This document shows positions 46,832 to 58,068 of a DNA stretch of 64,000 nucleotides, one piece after another. Under the pieces are notes generated by a model. The model made no database searches. It had not been told where the DNA came from and was given only the letters and a program-made list of their open reading frames with translations. This stretch comes from an uncultured Candidatus Saccharibacteria bacterium (GTDB lineage: Bacteria; Patescibacteriota; Doudnabacteria; UBA920): the NCBI GenBank assembly GCA_964631145.1, contig CAZVXT010000001.1:457237-521236 (forward strand), in the 5' to 3' direction. Both the position numbers and the translations under genes were made by a program. Each line of letters begins with the position of its first letter. The stretch's first letter is position 1.

Positions 46832-47353
46832 TCATCTGCGAGCTTTATAATGAATCACTTTATAACCGTGTTCAAAATATCGATCTGTGCTAACAATATC
46901 CCAATCTTCAGGATTGTAGTCTGGAAATTTTACATCTCCTTCATATTCGTGATCTGTAACTGTTATATACATTTCATTTACTATTTTGCTATCAAGAGCT
47001 TCTTGGTAAATTTTATTTCCACCGATTATAAAAATGCATTCTGCATAGAGCTCATAATGTTGTATTGCGGCAGCCATGCTAGAAAACTTCTTAAATCCTA
47101 TCGGTGGATGCCATAGTTCATCTCGAGACAAAACTATGTTTACTCTATTTGGGAGCGGTTTTGGTTCTTCCTCTCCGGGTCGCTTTAGGGATTCCATGGT
47201 TTTTCTACCCATTATCACGACGTGTCCTGTAGTTAAAGCAGAAAATCTAGGTAAATCTCCTTTTAATGGTTTGTCCCATGGTAGTCTGCCATTTTTGCCA
47301 ATATAGAGATTAGGGGTGTGTGCTGCAATAAGAATTATTTTAGCTGTTCTCAT
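46832..47353 (-). CDS. folA: Dihydrofolate reductase
   Basis: ..IILIAAHTPNLYIGKNGRLPW.. ..VIMGRKT.. Confidence 0.9.
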   Translation of the reverse strand: MRTAKIILIAAHTPNLYIGKNGRLPWDKPLKGDLPRFSALTTGHVVIMGRKTMESLKRPGEEEPKPLPNRVNIVLSRDELWHPPIGFKKFSSMAAAIQHYELYAECIFIIGGNKIYQEALDSKIVNEMYITVTDHEYEGDVKFPDYNPEDWDIVSTDRYFEHGYKVIHYKARR

Positions 47354-47370
47354 AATATTGATTCTCCTAT

Positions 47371-48225
47371 TTATACTGCAACAGGTGCAGAAATTTTTCC
47401 ATGACTATTATAACCTTCTAACTTGAGATCTTCATATTTAAAGTTTAATAAAGCTTGCAATCCGCCACCTTTAAGATTATTTTCTGGATCAACTATATTC
47501 AAGGTTGGAAGTGGTAATGGTTTGCGTTTTAATATTTCTTTAACTTGTTCCAGATGGTTGCTATAAATATGCAGGTCTCCAAATGTATGTATAAACTCTC
47601 CTACTTCCAGTCCACAAGCATAAGCAATCAATTGGGTTAATAATGCGTAAGAAGAAATATTAAATGGAACACCTAAAAATGCGTCGGCACTTCGTTGGTA
47701 TAACTGACAATGCAAAATCTTTTCGCTTTCCACTTTAAATTGAAAAAGCGTGTGGCATGGTGGTAGATCTACCATTATTGCCTGTTTTGGGTTCCAACCA
47801 GTAACAATTAATCTACGAGAATTAACATTAGTTTGAATTTGCTTGATTAAATCTGCAATTTGGTCAAAGCCATTAAATTCTGGATAATCTCCACCAAAAC
47901 TTCGCCATAAGTATCCATACACAGGTCCTAAATCCCCTTCTTCTCTTCCAAACTTTTTGGTATGGTCTTCATCTGCCCATTCTGCCCAAATATCTACACC
48001 CTTGGCGTTAAGATTTTTTTCATTAGTGTCACCACTTAAAAACCAGAATAATTCTTCAGCAATCCACCTGAATGGAACTCTTTTGGTAGTCACAATAGGA
48101 AATCCTTCTCTAAGATTATACCTATTTTGGTATCCAAAAGTAGATATTGTTCCTACCCCAGTTCTATCTTTATGTTCTACACCTTTATCTAAAATATGTT
48201 GTAATAATGCATGATATTGCTTCAT
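47371..48225 (-). CDS. thyA: Thymidylate synthase
   Basis: ..DLPPCHTLFQF.. is the active-site Cys region. Confidence 0.95.
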   Translation of the reverse strand: MKQYHALLQHILDKGVEHKDRTGVGTISTFGYQNRYNLREGFPIVTTKRVPFRWIAEELFWFLSGDTNEKNLNAKGVDIWAEWADEDHTKKFGREEGDLGPVYGYLWRSFGGDYPEFNGFDQIADLIKQIQTNVNSRRLIVTGWNPKQAIMVDLPPCHTLFQFKVESEKILHCQLYQRSADAFLGVPFNISSYALLTQLIAYACGLEVGEFIHTFGDLHIYSNHLEQVKEILKRKPLPLPTLNIVDPENNLKGGGLQALLNFKYEDLKLEGYNSHGKISAPVAV

Positions 48226-48361
48226 AAAGCCTCCTTAAATTATGCTTGGATATTAGCATGCGACTAATAAAATAGCAAAATTTAATTAATTTATTAATTA
48301 CGCTTATGTTCTAGTATATTGGCTGTGTTTCTATTATCGACGTATTGGTTAAAACTGTTTT

Positions 48362-49066
48362 TTACTTCAAGACAATTCTGCGAATTAGCTCCCAAACTTT
48401 TGCGTGGATTTTTCCAGGAGATAAAAGCTCTCCGTTTTCTGTGCATTCAACAATTTTAGTATTAGGAATAAGCTCCGCAAGTTCTAGGTAAATTTTCTCA
48501 GCGGTTTTGAGGTGTTCTCTATCTAGTTCGTGGATATCTCTTGGGCGGTTTTGTTCCATCGCTCTTTTTTCAATTAGTTGCCAAGAAATTTCTGCTGGCA
48601 CATGTAATATTATATTGATATCTGGTTTGGGGATTTGAAATATACCGTATTCCAAATTGTCTAACCATTTGTAGTAAGCTAGTCTGTCTTGTAAATTAGG
48701 TATTTTTGCCCCTTGGTGTCCAGCATTGCTAATCATGTATCTGTTAGACAAAACTATGTGTCCTTCATTCAAAAATTTTCTCAGCTTAAAGCTGGCGTCA
48801 TATCTATCTACTGCATAAAAAATGGAAGCAGCTTCGGGTCCAACATCTTCTCCAAAACCACCAGCTAAATACTTTTCTAACATACCAGCTGAGACTGTGT
48901 TGTATTGAGGGAAGTCAAATACTACGCCATTGTAATTATTTTCTGATAAAGTTTGAGCTAACAGTTTGGTTTGCGTAGCCTTACCGCTACCATCTGGTCC
49001 GTCTATTACTATAAATTTTCCTGTTTGTATTTTTGTCTTCTCTGATGATTTTGAAAATATTCCCAT
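48362..49066 (-). CDS. tmk: Thymidylate (dTMP) kinase
   Basis: The P-loop IVIDGPDGSGKAT and the DRY motif (AVDRYDAS) are present. Confidence 0.8.
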   Translation of the reverse strand: MGIFSKSSEKTKIQTGKFIVIDGPDGSGKATQTKLLAQTLSENNYNGVVFDFPQYNTVSAGMLEKYLAGGFGEDVGPEAASIFYAVDRYDASFKLRKFLNEGHIVLSNRYMISNAGHQGAKIPNLQDRLAYYKWLDNLEYGIFQIPKPDINIILHVPAEISWQLIEKRAMEQNRPRDIHELDREHLKTAEKIYLELAELIPNTKIVECTENGELLSPGKIHAKVWELIRRIVLK

Positions 49067-49081
49067 ATCTTATCTTTCTAG

Positions 49082-49672
49082 TTATTTAAATTTAATCCAC
49101 TGATTATTTTTTACAAAATTTTTATAATACTGAGATGCTTGTGGTTTGGTTGCTCCGTAATACTTACTACCAAGTTGATCTTTGCCATAAGGCACTTCTG
49201 CTTCACTGGTCATTTGTATAAAAGTCATTTGTCCAATTGGCATTTTGTAATACAGCTTAATCGGCATATTGGCTATATTATGAAGCTCTAAAGTAATTTT
49301 TAATTTGTTTCCAGGGTCAATATAACCAGCTGTGGCATGAACGATCAATCCTATTCTGCCAAGGCTAGATTTACCATCTAAATGTCCTACGATGTCATTA
49401 GCTAGTCCAATTGTTTCGTATGTCATACCAAGAGCAAATTCCCCCGGGTGCAATATGAACTGAGTTTTTTCATCAATTTTTACTTCTTTCATCATATCGT
49501 CTACTGGGAGTTTTGGATCTATAACAATATGCTTAGAAGATTCAAAAATTAGAAAATCTGCCCCTAAATGCACATCAACGCTGGCTGGTTGGATTGCATT
49601 AGGAAAAATTGGATCAATTAAGATTCTCCCATCTTTTAAGGACTTTTTGATATCTTGGTCAGAAAAAATCAT
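49082..49672 (-). CDS. dcd: dCTP deaminase
   Basis: MIFSDQDIKKSL..GRILIDP......ASVDVHLG.. matches the Dcd/dUTPase-fold N-terminus. Confidence 0.85.
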   Translation of the reverse strand: MIFSDQDIKKSLKDGRILIDPIFPNAIQPASVDVHLGADFLIFESSKHIVIDPKLPVDDMMKEVKIDEKTQFILHPGEFALGMTYETIGLANDIVGHLDGKSSLGRIGLIVHATAGYIDPGNKLKITLELHNIANMPIKLYYKMPIGQMTFIQMTSEAEVPYGKDQLGSKYYGATKPQASQYYKNFVKNNQWIKFK

Positions 49673-49785
49673 AAAATATTTTAGTTACTATGACTATTTT
49701 ACTATAAGTAGCACTTGCTCACAAACCATCAAATTTAAGGAGTTTTGGCAAAAATAAGCTAGCTATCCCCAATTTAAAAATGATT

Positions 49786-49818
49786 AAAATAAAAAAGCAA
49801 AGGAATTCCTTTGCTGTA
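49786..49818 (-). terminator. Intrinsic terminator after sigma-factor gene (minus strand)
   Basis: Plus-strand AAAATAAAAAAGCAAAGGAATTCCTTTGCTG; the A-tract is upstream on plus, so it reads as a T-tract on minus. Confidence 0.55.
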
Positions 49819-49827
49819 AATTATAAG

Positions 49828-50439
49828 CTACCAGACAAGTTTTGGATTTGCTTTTTCATTTATTAATTTCCGCATTTTAAGACGGGCTTTGTGGAGTTGA
49901 GATTTAGAAGTCCCTAACGAACATCCTAAAATTTTTGCAACTTCAGAGTGCTCATATCCTTCAACATCATGTAATACAAAAACATTTCTGTAGCCTTCCG
50001 GTAGTTGTGATATGGCTTTATCTAGGGATATTTTTTCAATTAATGGCATGTTAAATCTTTTGCTAGCATCAATTTTAAATTTAATCCATTCCTCGCCTTT
50101 TTCTGTAGTCTCTTTTTTAACCACTCGTTTTCTAAAGTGCATTAATACTTGGTTAACAGTCATTCTGTGTAACCATGTAGTAAATTCGGATTTTCCCGCA
50201 AAAGTATGAATCTTTCTGTGAAGCTGTATAAATACATCTTGCGTTAGGTCCTCGGCTTCATGTGTGTTTTGTAGCATTCTTAAACACAAACTATAAACTC
50301 TTGGTCTATGCCTTTCGTATAAAGTTTCAAAAGCTTTAGTATTATTTGAAGCAGATGCAGCTAATACTTTATCATTTTCTTCGTTTAAGCTACCTATGCT
50401 AACTTCGGTTACGCTAGTATCAGTTAAGAAACTTTTCAT
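49828..50439 (-). CDS. RNA polymerase sigma-70 family factor (ECF-like)
   Basis: Region 2 is ..[27 protein letters not shown].. and region 4 is ..[33 protein letters not shown].. Confidence 0.8.
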   Translation of the reverse strand: MKSFLTDTSVTEVSIGSLNEENDKVLAASASNNTKAFETLYERHRPRVYSLCLRMLQNTHEAEDLTQDVFIQLHRKIHTFAGKSEFTTWLHRMTVNQVLMHFRKRVVKKETTEKGEEWIKFKIDASKRFNMPLIEKISLDKAISQLPEGYRNVFVLHDVEGYEHSEVAKILGCSLGTSKSQLHKARLKMRKLINEKANPKLVW

Positions 50440-50512
50440 ATAAAAACCTCCTAGATAGAATTTTAAGTATTATAAAGATTTATCTTACATCTGTCAAATT
50501 TGATGTAAAATA

Positions 50513-50542
50513 AAAAACATCCATTTAAGGATGTTTTTAAAT
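50513..50542. terminator. Bidirectional hairpin after rplA
   Basis: AAAAACATCCATTTAAGGATGTTTTTAAAT. Confidence 0.6.
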
Positions 50543-50547
50543 AAAAT

Positions 50548-51228
50548 TTATTTGAATTTGATACCAGGACCCATTGTGCTATTTAAGCTTGTCCCAATAA
50601 TAAATTGCTTTTTAACTGCAGATGGTTTTGCTGCATGTACAGAATCCATAAAAGACTTTAAGTTTTCTTGCAATTGTTCTTTTGTAAAATTGGTTTTACC
50701 AATTGCTTGATGGATATTACCAGAACTGTCATTTTTGTAGTTAACTTTACCGCCCGCAATTTCTTTAACTGCTGCTGAAATATTCTCTGATACGGTTCCA
50801 TTTTTTGGATTTGGCATCAAACCCCTAGTTCCCAAAATCTTAGCAATTTGAGCCAATTTTGGCATCATAGCAGGTTCTGCTACTGCTACATCGAAGTCAG
50901 TTTTACCAGTTTCTTTAATTTGCTTAATCAGCTCTTCACCACCTACAACGGTAGCACCTGCAGCTTTAGCCTCTGCTTCTTTGCTTTCGCTAACAAAAGC
51001 AGCAATTTTTTTAGTCTTACCAGTACCGTGAGGTAGGGTTACAGAACCGCGAATAGCTTGATCTGTTTTCTTTACTTCAATTGCTGTTCTTACATGAACT
51101 TCAACAGAACCAGTAAACTTAGAGTTAGCTGTTTGTAAAGCCAAATCAATTGCTTCTTCTGGTGTGTAAACTTTATCTTTATCCACTAATGCATTATTTG
51201 CTTTGTGACGTTTTGATATATGTGACAT
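50548..51228 (-). CDS. rplA: 50S ribosomal protein L1
   Basis: ..KFTGSVEVHVRTAIEVKKTDQAIRGSVTLPHGTGKTKKIAAF.. Confidence 0.93.
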   Translation of the reverse strand: MSHISKRHKANNALVDKDKVYTPEEAIDLALQTANSKFTGSVEVHVRTAIEVKKTDQAIRGSVTLPHGTGKTKKIAAFVSESKEAEAKAAGATVVGGEELIKQIKETGKTDFDVAVAEPAMMPKLAQIAKILGTRGLMPNPKNGTVSENISAAVKEIAGGKVNYKNDSSGNIHQAIGKTNFTKEQLQENLKSFMDSVHAAKPSAVKKQFIIGTSLNSTMGPGIKFK

Positions 51229-51282
51229 ATTTTCCTTTCGTGGTAATCGTTTGCTTTAACAAACTCCCACAAATTAATTAAT

Positions 51283-51606
51283 TTAACTATTATTTGATTC
51301 GATCTGAAGGATTAGTCTATCTTTTAAATCTTCAAATAATTCTTTTCCATCACCTGTGTTACCAGGATTATTTAAAAAGTACTGTGAAGTGATATTCTCA
51401 AATTGAGAATAAGCATTAGGTCCAATAAGTTTTTCTTTATACCCAGGACGATTTTTGCAAAAATCTTCAAACATAGATATTAAGTTATTGTAAACTTGAA
51501 TATCGTTAGTTCGTTGTTCTTTTGCTTTGCATTGTTCTAAAAAAGAAATAATATTGATACTGTCATCCAGCATTTCTGGACTAAATGATCTTTCAGCGTT
51601 ATTCAT
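51283..51606 (-). CDS. Hypothetical small protein
   Basis: It sits 2 nt downstream of the preceding gene; no domain was recognised. Confidence 0.4.
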   Translation of the reverse strand: MNNAERSFSPEMLDDSINIISFLEQCKAKEQRTNDIQVYNNLISMFEDFCKNRPGYKEKLIGPNAYSQFENITSQYFLNNPGNTGDGKELFEDLKDRLILQIESNNS

Positions 51607-51608
51607 TC

Positions 51609-51974
51609 TTATGCTTCTTTTCTAGCAAGCTTCCAGTGATAATAAAATACTGGGCTAGCTACAATTATCATTGCTAATGCTTGTGCAGCGTCTTGCTGCT
51701 TTTGAGCTGTTTTGCGTTCTTTTTCTTCCGCTAACTGCTTGGCTTGATATTCAGGGTTGTTGCAATTTGGATCTTGTGGAAGTACTGTACCATCGGTATT
51801 TTTTACTTCAGCACACATTAATTGCGGGCTGTAATAACTATTGTTATCAGCTTTAGTTAAGATCCAAGTTTTTAGTCCGAGATTTATAAGGATAATCCCT
51901 GCTACAACTAAAATAACTAATGAGATTAGTGAAACCATATATAGGTACACTGTTTTGATCCATGATAGGTTCAT
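51609..51974 (-). CDS. Hypothetical bitopic membrane protein (N- and C-terminal TM)
   Basis: It lies immediately downstream of the SPFH gene, an NfeD-like position, but no OB-fold signature was seen. Confidence 0.4.
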   Translation of the reverse strand: MNLSWIKTVYLYMVSLISLVILVVAGIILINLGLKTWILTKADNNSYYSPQLMCAEVKNTDGTVLPQDPNCNNPEYQAKQLAEEKERKTAQKQQDAAQALAMIIVASPVFYYHWKLARKEA

Positions 51975-51977
51975 TTT

Positions 51978-52751
51978 TTATTTGTTAATATTTTCGCTAT
52001 CTATAAAGTTTTTTATATTTTTTATAGTGCTCATAAATTGAGCGGGAAAAATAATTGTAGAATTTTTCTCAATAGAAATTTCTGCCATTGTTTGCAGATT
52101 TCTAAGTTGCAAGGCTATTGGATGCTGTGCCATAACATCAGCAGTTTCAGCCAATTTTTGAGAAGCTAAAAATTCTCCTTCAGCAGAAATAATTTTTGCT
52201 CTTTTCTCTCTTTCGGCTTCAGCTTGTTTTGCCATGGCTCTTTGCATGCCTTCTGGCAATTCAATATCTTTAATCTCAACTACTGGTACTAAAACTCCCC
52301 AAGGTTCTGTATGTGTATCCAAAACTTTGGTGATTTCGTTATTAATAGTTTCTCGTTCAGATAGAATTTCATCTAGCTGAAACTTCCCTACTATATTTCT
52401 GACAGATGTTTGGGCAATTTGGTCAATTGCTCTACGGACATCTTCTATCGCAATTATAGATTTGATCGGATCTGTGATTCTGTAATACGCAACTGCAGAA
52501 ACGTCCACCGAAACATTATCTTTTGTGATAATTTTTTGGGGAGGAATAGGTAGGGTTACAGTGCGAAGATCAATCTTTTTAACCCATTCTATATAAGGAA
52601 TTATCCAAGATAATCCTGGCTTTTTTTGTCCGACTATTTTACCTAGCCTAAAGACTACGCCTTCTTGGTATTGTTGTATGATTCGTAGTCCCGGTAGGAC
52701 TATGAAAATTATTATACCTAACACCAGGAAGAACAATATTATGAAAATCAT
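51978..52751 (-). CDS. SPFH/band-7 (stomatin/prohibitin-like) membrane protein
   Basis: An N-terminal TM is followed by the band-7 core (..QEGVVFRLGKIVGQKKPGLSWIIPYIE..RTVTL..) and a C-terminal coiled coil AEAEREKRAKII. Confidence 0.85.
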   Translation of the reverse strand: MIFIILFFLVLGIIIFIVLPGLRIIQQYQEGVVFRLGKIVGQKKPGLSWIIPYIEWVKKIDLRTVTLPIPPQKIITKDNVSVDVSAVAYYRITDPIKSIIAIEDVRRAIDQIAQTSVRNIVGKFQLDEILSERETINNEITKVLDTHTEPWGVLVPVVEIKDIELPEGMQRAMAKQAEAEREKRAKIISAEGEFLASQKLAETADVMAQHPIALQLRNLQTMAEISIEKNSTIIFPAQFMSTIKNIKNFIDSENINK

Positions 52752-52818
52752 ATTTATATGATTAATGATTAAATTAACAAAGCTAATTTAATATATTTTG
52801 TCTATAAGGGTTTTATAG

Positions 52819-53247
52819 TTAATCAATTACGTCAACACCCATAGAACGAGCTGTGCCGCGGATGATTAATTCTGCAGCTGCTAAATCAACAGCGTTAAGG
52901 TCTGGCATTTTCTTCTCTGCAATTTCTGTAACTTGTGCAGCGGTAATTTTTGCAACTTTAGTTGTAAGTGGATTTCCTGATCCTTTAGCAATTCCTGCAG
53001 CTTTCATTATAAGGTTAGAAGCAGGAGGTGTTTTAAGGATAAATGTAAATGAACGATCTTCGTAGATGGTCATTAAAACTGGGATGATAATATCTCCCAT
53101 TGGACCAGTTTGGTCATTAAATTGCTTGGTAAAATCGGCAATGTTAATACCGTGGGGTCCAAGAGCAGTACCTACGGGAGGTGCTGGGGTCGCTTTTCCA
53201 GCTGGTAGCTGAAGCTTGACTATAGCTTTGACTTTTTTTGCAGCCAT
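52819..53247 (-). CDS. rplK: 50S ribosomal protein L11
   Basis: [36 protein letters not shown].. Confidence 0.95.
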   Translation of the reverse strand: MAAKKVKAIVKLQLPAGKATPAPPVGTALGPHGINIADFTKQFNDQTGPMGDIIIPVLMTIYEDRSFTFILKTPPASNLIMKAAGIAKGSGNPLTTKVAKITAAQVTEIAEKKMPDLNAVDLAAAELIIRGTARSMGVDVID

Positions 53248-53356
53248 GTATTTGAGTAGTATCCTTCTTAGGGACGAGACGGCAAACGTATTTGCCAGCC
53301 AACTACTTATTAATAATTTACCTATATTTTAGTATATTTCAGTTATTTTGACAAGA

Positions 53357-53385
53357 GTTGATAATTTTAGTTTTATATGGTATAA
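53357..53385 (+). promoter_or_regulatory. Sigma-70-like promoter with extended -10
   Basis: TTGATA-17nt-TATAAT with TGn immediately upstream of the -10; an AGGAGGA RBS follows and the ATG is at 53424. Confidence 0.55.
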
Positions 53386-53423
53386 TTTATTAAAATTTGA
53401 ATTTTTAGGAGGAAGAAAAATAG

Positions 53424-53840
53424 ATGAAAATTATACTTTTGATGTGTCTATTATTTTTATTAAACGGGTTAATATCTCTGTATTTACTACCGATAATCAG
53501 ATATAAAATTTATTGGCATAGATATACCTATTACCAACATTCAAATGATATGTATTTTGATAAAAAATATGAATTTGGCAATTTCTGCTTAGCCATTCTG
53601 TTTCCTTATCAATTTTTTGATGGCGACAAATTAAGTAGTTTTAGCTATTCGTTTGGAGGTGGCGAAATTTCTAATTACAACAATTACGCAGATATGAAGA
53701 AATCATTTAATTCTGAAAATGTTGTAATATGGTATTTATTTTCCGTAAGTTATTTTCTATCTTGCTTGTTATGGGCATCATTTGCATTTGTATTCATAAA
53801 AACAGCTAAAGTTGTTGCTAAGTTACTTTATGCATCTTAA
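53424..53840 (+). CDS. Hypothetical small membrane protein (3 TM) inserted between nusG and rplK on the opposite strand
   Basis: It has a strong RBS and its own promoter and terminator. Confidence 0.5.
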   Translation: MKIILLMCLLFLLNGLISLYLLPIIRYKIYWHRYTYYQHSNDMYFDKKYEFGNFCLAILFPYQFFDGDKLSSFSYSFGGGEISNYNNYADMKKSFNSENVVIWYLFSVSYFLSCLLWASFAFVFIKTAKVVAKLLYAS

Positions 53841-53850
53841 ACAGTAAAGA

Positions 53851-53880
53851 CGGATTAAAAATCCGTCTTTTTTTATGCTT
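53851..53880. terminator. Bidirectional intrinsic terminator
   Basis: AAGACGGATTAAAAATCCGTCTTTTTTTATGC. Confidence 0.7.
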
Positions 53881-54418
53881 TTTTAACTTGTAGAAAATCC
53901 AATTCAACTGGTGTTTCGCGTCCAAAGATTGTTACAAATACTTTTAGCTTGCCTTTGTCTTGATCGATTTCTGCAATTTTACCTTCATAGTCTTTAAAAG
54001 GACCATCTGTGATTGTAACCATCTCCCCTGCTGTATAATCGACTTGGAATTTTGGCTCTTCTGTTCCCATGCGCTTTTGAAGATAGCTCCATTCTTCAAT
54101 AGATACTGGAGTAGGGATAGTACCACTGCCCACAAAACCTGTTACGTTAGGGGTGTTTCGAACTACATACCAAGAGTCATCTGTTACTATCATGTTTACC
54201 AAAACATAACCTGGGAAGATTTTTTCTTCAATAGTAGAACGCTTACCATCTTTGATTTTTACCTTTTTTTCTTTAGGTACAATAGCATCAAAGATTTTGT
54301 CTTGCATATTTAAGTTTTCGATACGCTGCTTTAAGTTGAAAGCAACGCTATCTTCGTACCCACTGTAAGTGTGAAGTACATACCAGTTTTTTTCGCCGGT
54401 AACTTGTTGTTTAGACAT
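53873..54418 (-). CDS. nusG: Transcription termination/antitermination factor NusG
   Basis: The NGN domain (..NWYVLHTYSGYE..) and the KOW domain (..GEMVTITDGPFKDYEGKI..) match. Confidence 0.93.
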   Translation of the reverse strand: MSKQQVTGEKNWYVLHTYSGYEDSVAFNLKQRIENLNMQDKIFDAIVPKEKKVKIKDGKRSTIEEKIFPGYVLVNMIVTDDSWYVVRNTPNVTGFVGSGTIPTPVSIEEWSYLQKRMGTEEPKFQVDYTAGEMVTITDGPFKDYEGKIAEIDQDKGKLKVFVTIFGRETPVELDFLQVKKA

Positions 54419-54443
54419 ATTATTTATTAAGAATACTCAATAA

Positions 54444-54626
54444 TTATTTTAGTATTGCTTCAAAGCCCTTTAGTAAGCCGTAGTCAGCAGCACCCAAAAT
54501 ACCTGCTACAACCAAAGAGAAAACAATCACAGTAACGGTGTAACGGATAGTATCATATCTTGATGGCCAAATTACTTTACGCAATTCTGCCAAAACATCT
54601 TTAAAAAATTGTATAATTTTAGACAT
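54444..54626 (-). CDS. secE: Preprotein translocase subunit SecE
   Basis: It is a 60-aa protein with a single C-terminal TM (..VIWPSRYDTIRYTVTVIVFSLVVAGILG..), immediately upstream of nusG. Confidence 0.85.
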   Translation of the reverse strand: MSKIIQFFKDVLAELRKVIWPSRYDTIRYTVTVIVFSLVVAGILGAADYGLLKGFEAILK

Positions 54627-54740
54627 ATTTTATTAAGCTTTGCTATATTCGCATTCGCTTTATTAAAAAATAAGTTTTTTTAAAACCCCTTCCGGGATTT
54701 GCTTATATTATACTAGATTTAATTTGAATATGTCAAATTA

Positions 54741-54769
54741 TTGACAGAACGTAGTATTAATTATATAGT
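54741..54769 (+). promoter_or_regulatory. Sigma-70-like promoter
   Basis: TTGACA-17nt-TATAGT, then a GAGGAGGA RBS; the ATG is at 54795. Confidence 0.6.
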
Positions 54770-54794
54770 TATAAAAATTTCTGAGGAGGAAAAT

Positions 54795-55325
54795 ATGGAA
54801 GATTATTACCAATATACTTTTTTGATTTTAACTAGTTTAATAGGAATCGCACTCAATGGCTTTATTGGACTTTCGGTTATACCTCGTTTAAGATGGTTTG
54901 TGTTAGTAAAATTGTCAGATAAGGTTAATACTTTTGAAAGCAAACTTAGTTTTTGGGATAAATTTGTTATTTTATTTTTATTCCCAGTCAATTCTTACAG
55001 TATTTTATTGGATTGTGAAGAATTAGCAAAAATTAAAAATTTTTGCCTAAATAAATATTTAGATGCAAACACTTACGATGATTTTAAAAATATGCATAAC
55101 ATACTTGGAAAAGCTGTTGCTTATATATTTGCGTTTCCGACCTACTTATTTTTATTGCTAGTAGTTTCCCCTATTTGTTGGTTATTTGTATATATTATCA
55201 TTTCCTTAGATTGGACGATCAAGTTAATCGGCAATTTTTTATCCAGTTTTGGATTTAAATTTACGTTTAGATTTGATCAGAGTATTTTAAGTAAACAAAA
55301 TTTGCAAAAAGAAAAAGAAAAATAA
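54795..55325 (+). CDS. Hypothetical multi-TM membrane protein
   Basis: The start was reassigned. The track's ORF begins at the TTG of the -35 hexamer TTGACA. Confidence 0.5.
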   Translation: MEDYYQYTFLILTSLIGIALNGFIGLSVIPRLRWFVLVKLSDKVNTFESKLSFWDKFVILFLFPVNSYSILLDCEELAKIKNFCLNKYLDANTYDDFKNMHNILGKAVAYIFAFPTYLFLLLVVSPICWLFVYIIISLDWTIKLIGNFLSSFGFKFTFRFDQSILSKQNLQKEKEK

Positions 55326-55417
55326 TTTTGCATATTTTTTAAATCTTATATTTAAGTGTTGGTAATTCCAACACTTTAATAAAAACACTTTGTACAAAAT
55401 ACAAAGTGCTTATTATT

Positions 55418-57502
<2,085 letters not shown>

Positions 57503-57563
57503 TCAATATTTAAAGGATTATTTAGTACTTATATTTTACCATAACCACGCAGGTTTTTATACT

Positions 57564-57596
57564 TGACAATACATGCATTTTATGATAAAATATAAT
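57564..57596 (+). promoter_or_regulatory. Sigma-70-like promoter (TTGACA-N17-TATGATAAAAT family) + conserved leader ATTTCGGAGGAAA
   Basis: TTGACA-17nt(ATACATGCATTTTATGA)-TAAAAT/TATAAT; the RBS is TTTCGGAGGAAATTATG. Confidence 0.6.
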
Positions 57597-57626
57597 GGTT
57601 TTTTAAAAATTATTTCGGAGGAAATT

Positions 57627-57974
57627 ATGTACCCATATGATGATAAGTTATTAGAAAAAATGAAAAAGACAGATCGTTGTAAATTTTATTTTTGTAATAA
57701 GTTAAAAATAAATTTCTTTGTGATTGACTATTTCCCTCAAGGAGATGTGCATGTTGAAAAAATACCAGCCCTGGTCGCAAACATGAAAAATGTAGAAAAT
57801 ATAGCTCATGATTTCTGTGAAGCAACAGGATTTGATTTTTCAACTATGAATATCTCAATAATCAAACAATCTCACTTTATGAAAGATTTTAAAGTTTTAT
57901 GGTCTTCTACTAAAGATCAAATCCCTTTTAATAAATCTCTTGAGGTTGATGGCTTTTGGGAGTATGTAAAATAA
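57627..57974 (+). CDS. Hypothetical small soluble protein (115 aa)
   Basis: The start was reassigned to the ATG 7 nt after GGAGGA; no domain was recognised. Confidence 0.45.
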   Translation: MYPYDDKLLEKMKKTDRCKFYFCNKLKINFFVIDYFPQGDVHVEKIPALVANMKNVENIAHDFCEATGFDFSTMNISIIKQSHFMKDFKVLWSSTKDQIPFNKSLEVDGFWEYVK

Positions 57975-57977
57975 GGT

Positions 57978-58005
57978 AAAGCGGCAAATAACCGCTTTTT
58001 TATTT
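57978..58005 (+). terminator. Intrinsic terminator
   Basis: AAAGCGGCAAATAACCGCTTTTTTATTTT. Confidence 0.7.
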
Positions 58006-58014
58006 TATGCATTG

Positions 58015-58043
58015 TTGACATGCTTGGTCAAAATTGGTTAAAT
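58015..58043 (+). promoter_or_regulatory. Sigma-70-like promoter + conserved leader ATTTCGGAGGAAAA
   Basis: TTGACA-17nt-TTAAAT; the leader ATATTTCGGAGGAAAATTATG is nearly identical to the one at 57610. Confidence 0.55.
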
Positions 58044-58068
58044 ATAAAAAATATTTCGGAGGAAAATT

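Noticed and set aside
49828-50439. Anti-sigma factor partner for the ECF-like sigma gene
   Set aside because: The gene downstream is dcd, and no small membrane anti-sigma ORF is adjacent, so no sigma/anti-sigma pair can be claimed from this window.
54741-54794. Upstream extensions of small genes as given in the ORF track (54741, 57573, 58682, 36708, 28954 starts)
   Set aside because: These tool-chosen starts are the TTG of the -35 hexamer TTGACA or codons spanning the GGAGGA Shine-Dalgarno. The ATG 6-8 nt downstream of the SD is the credible start in each case.
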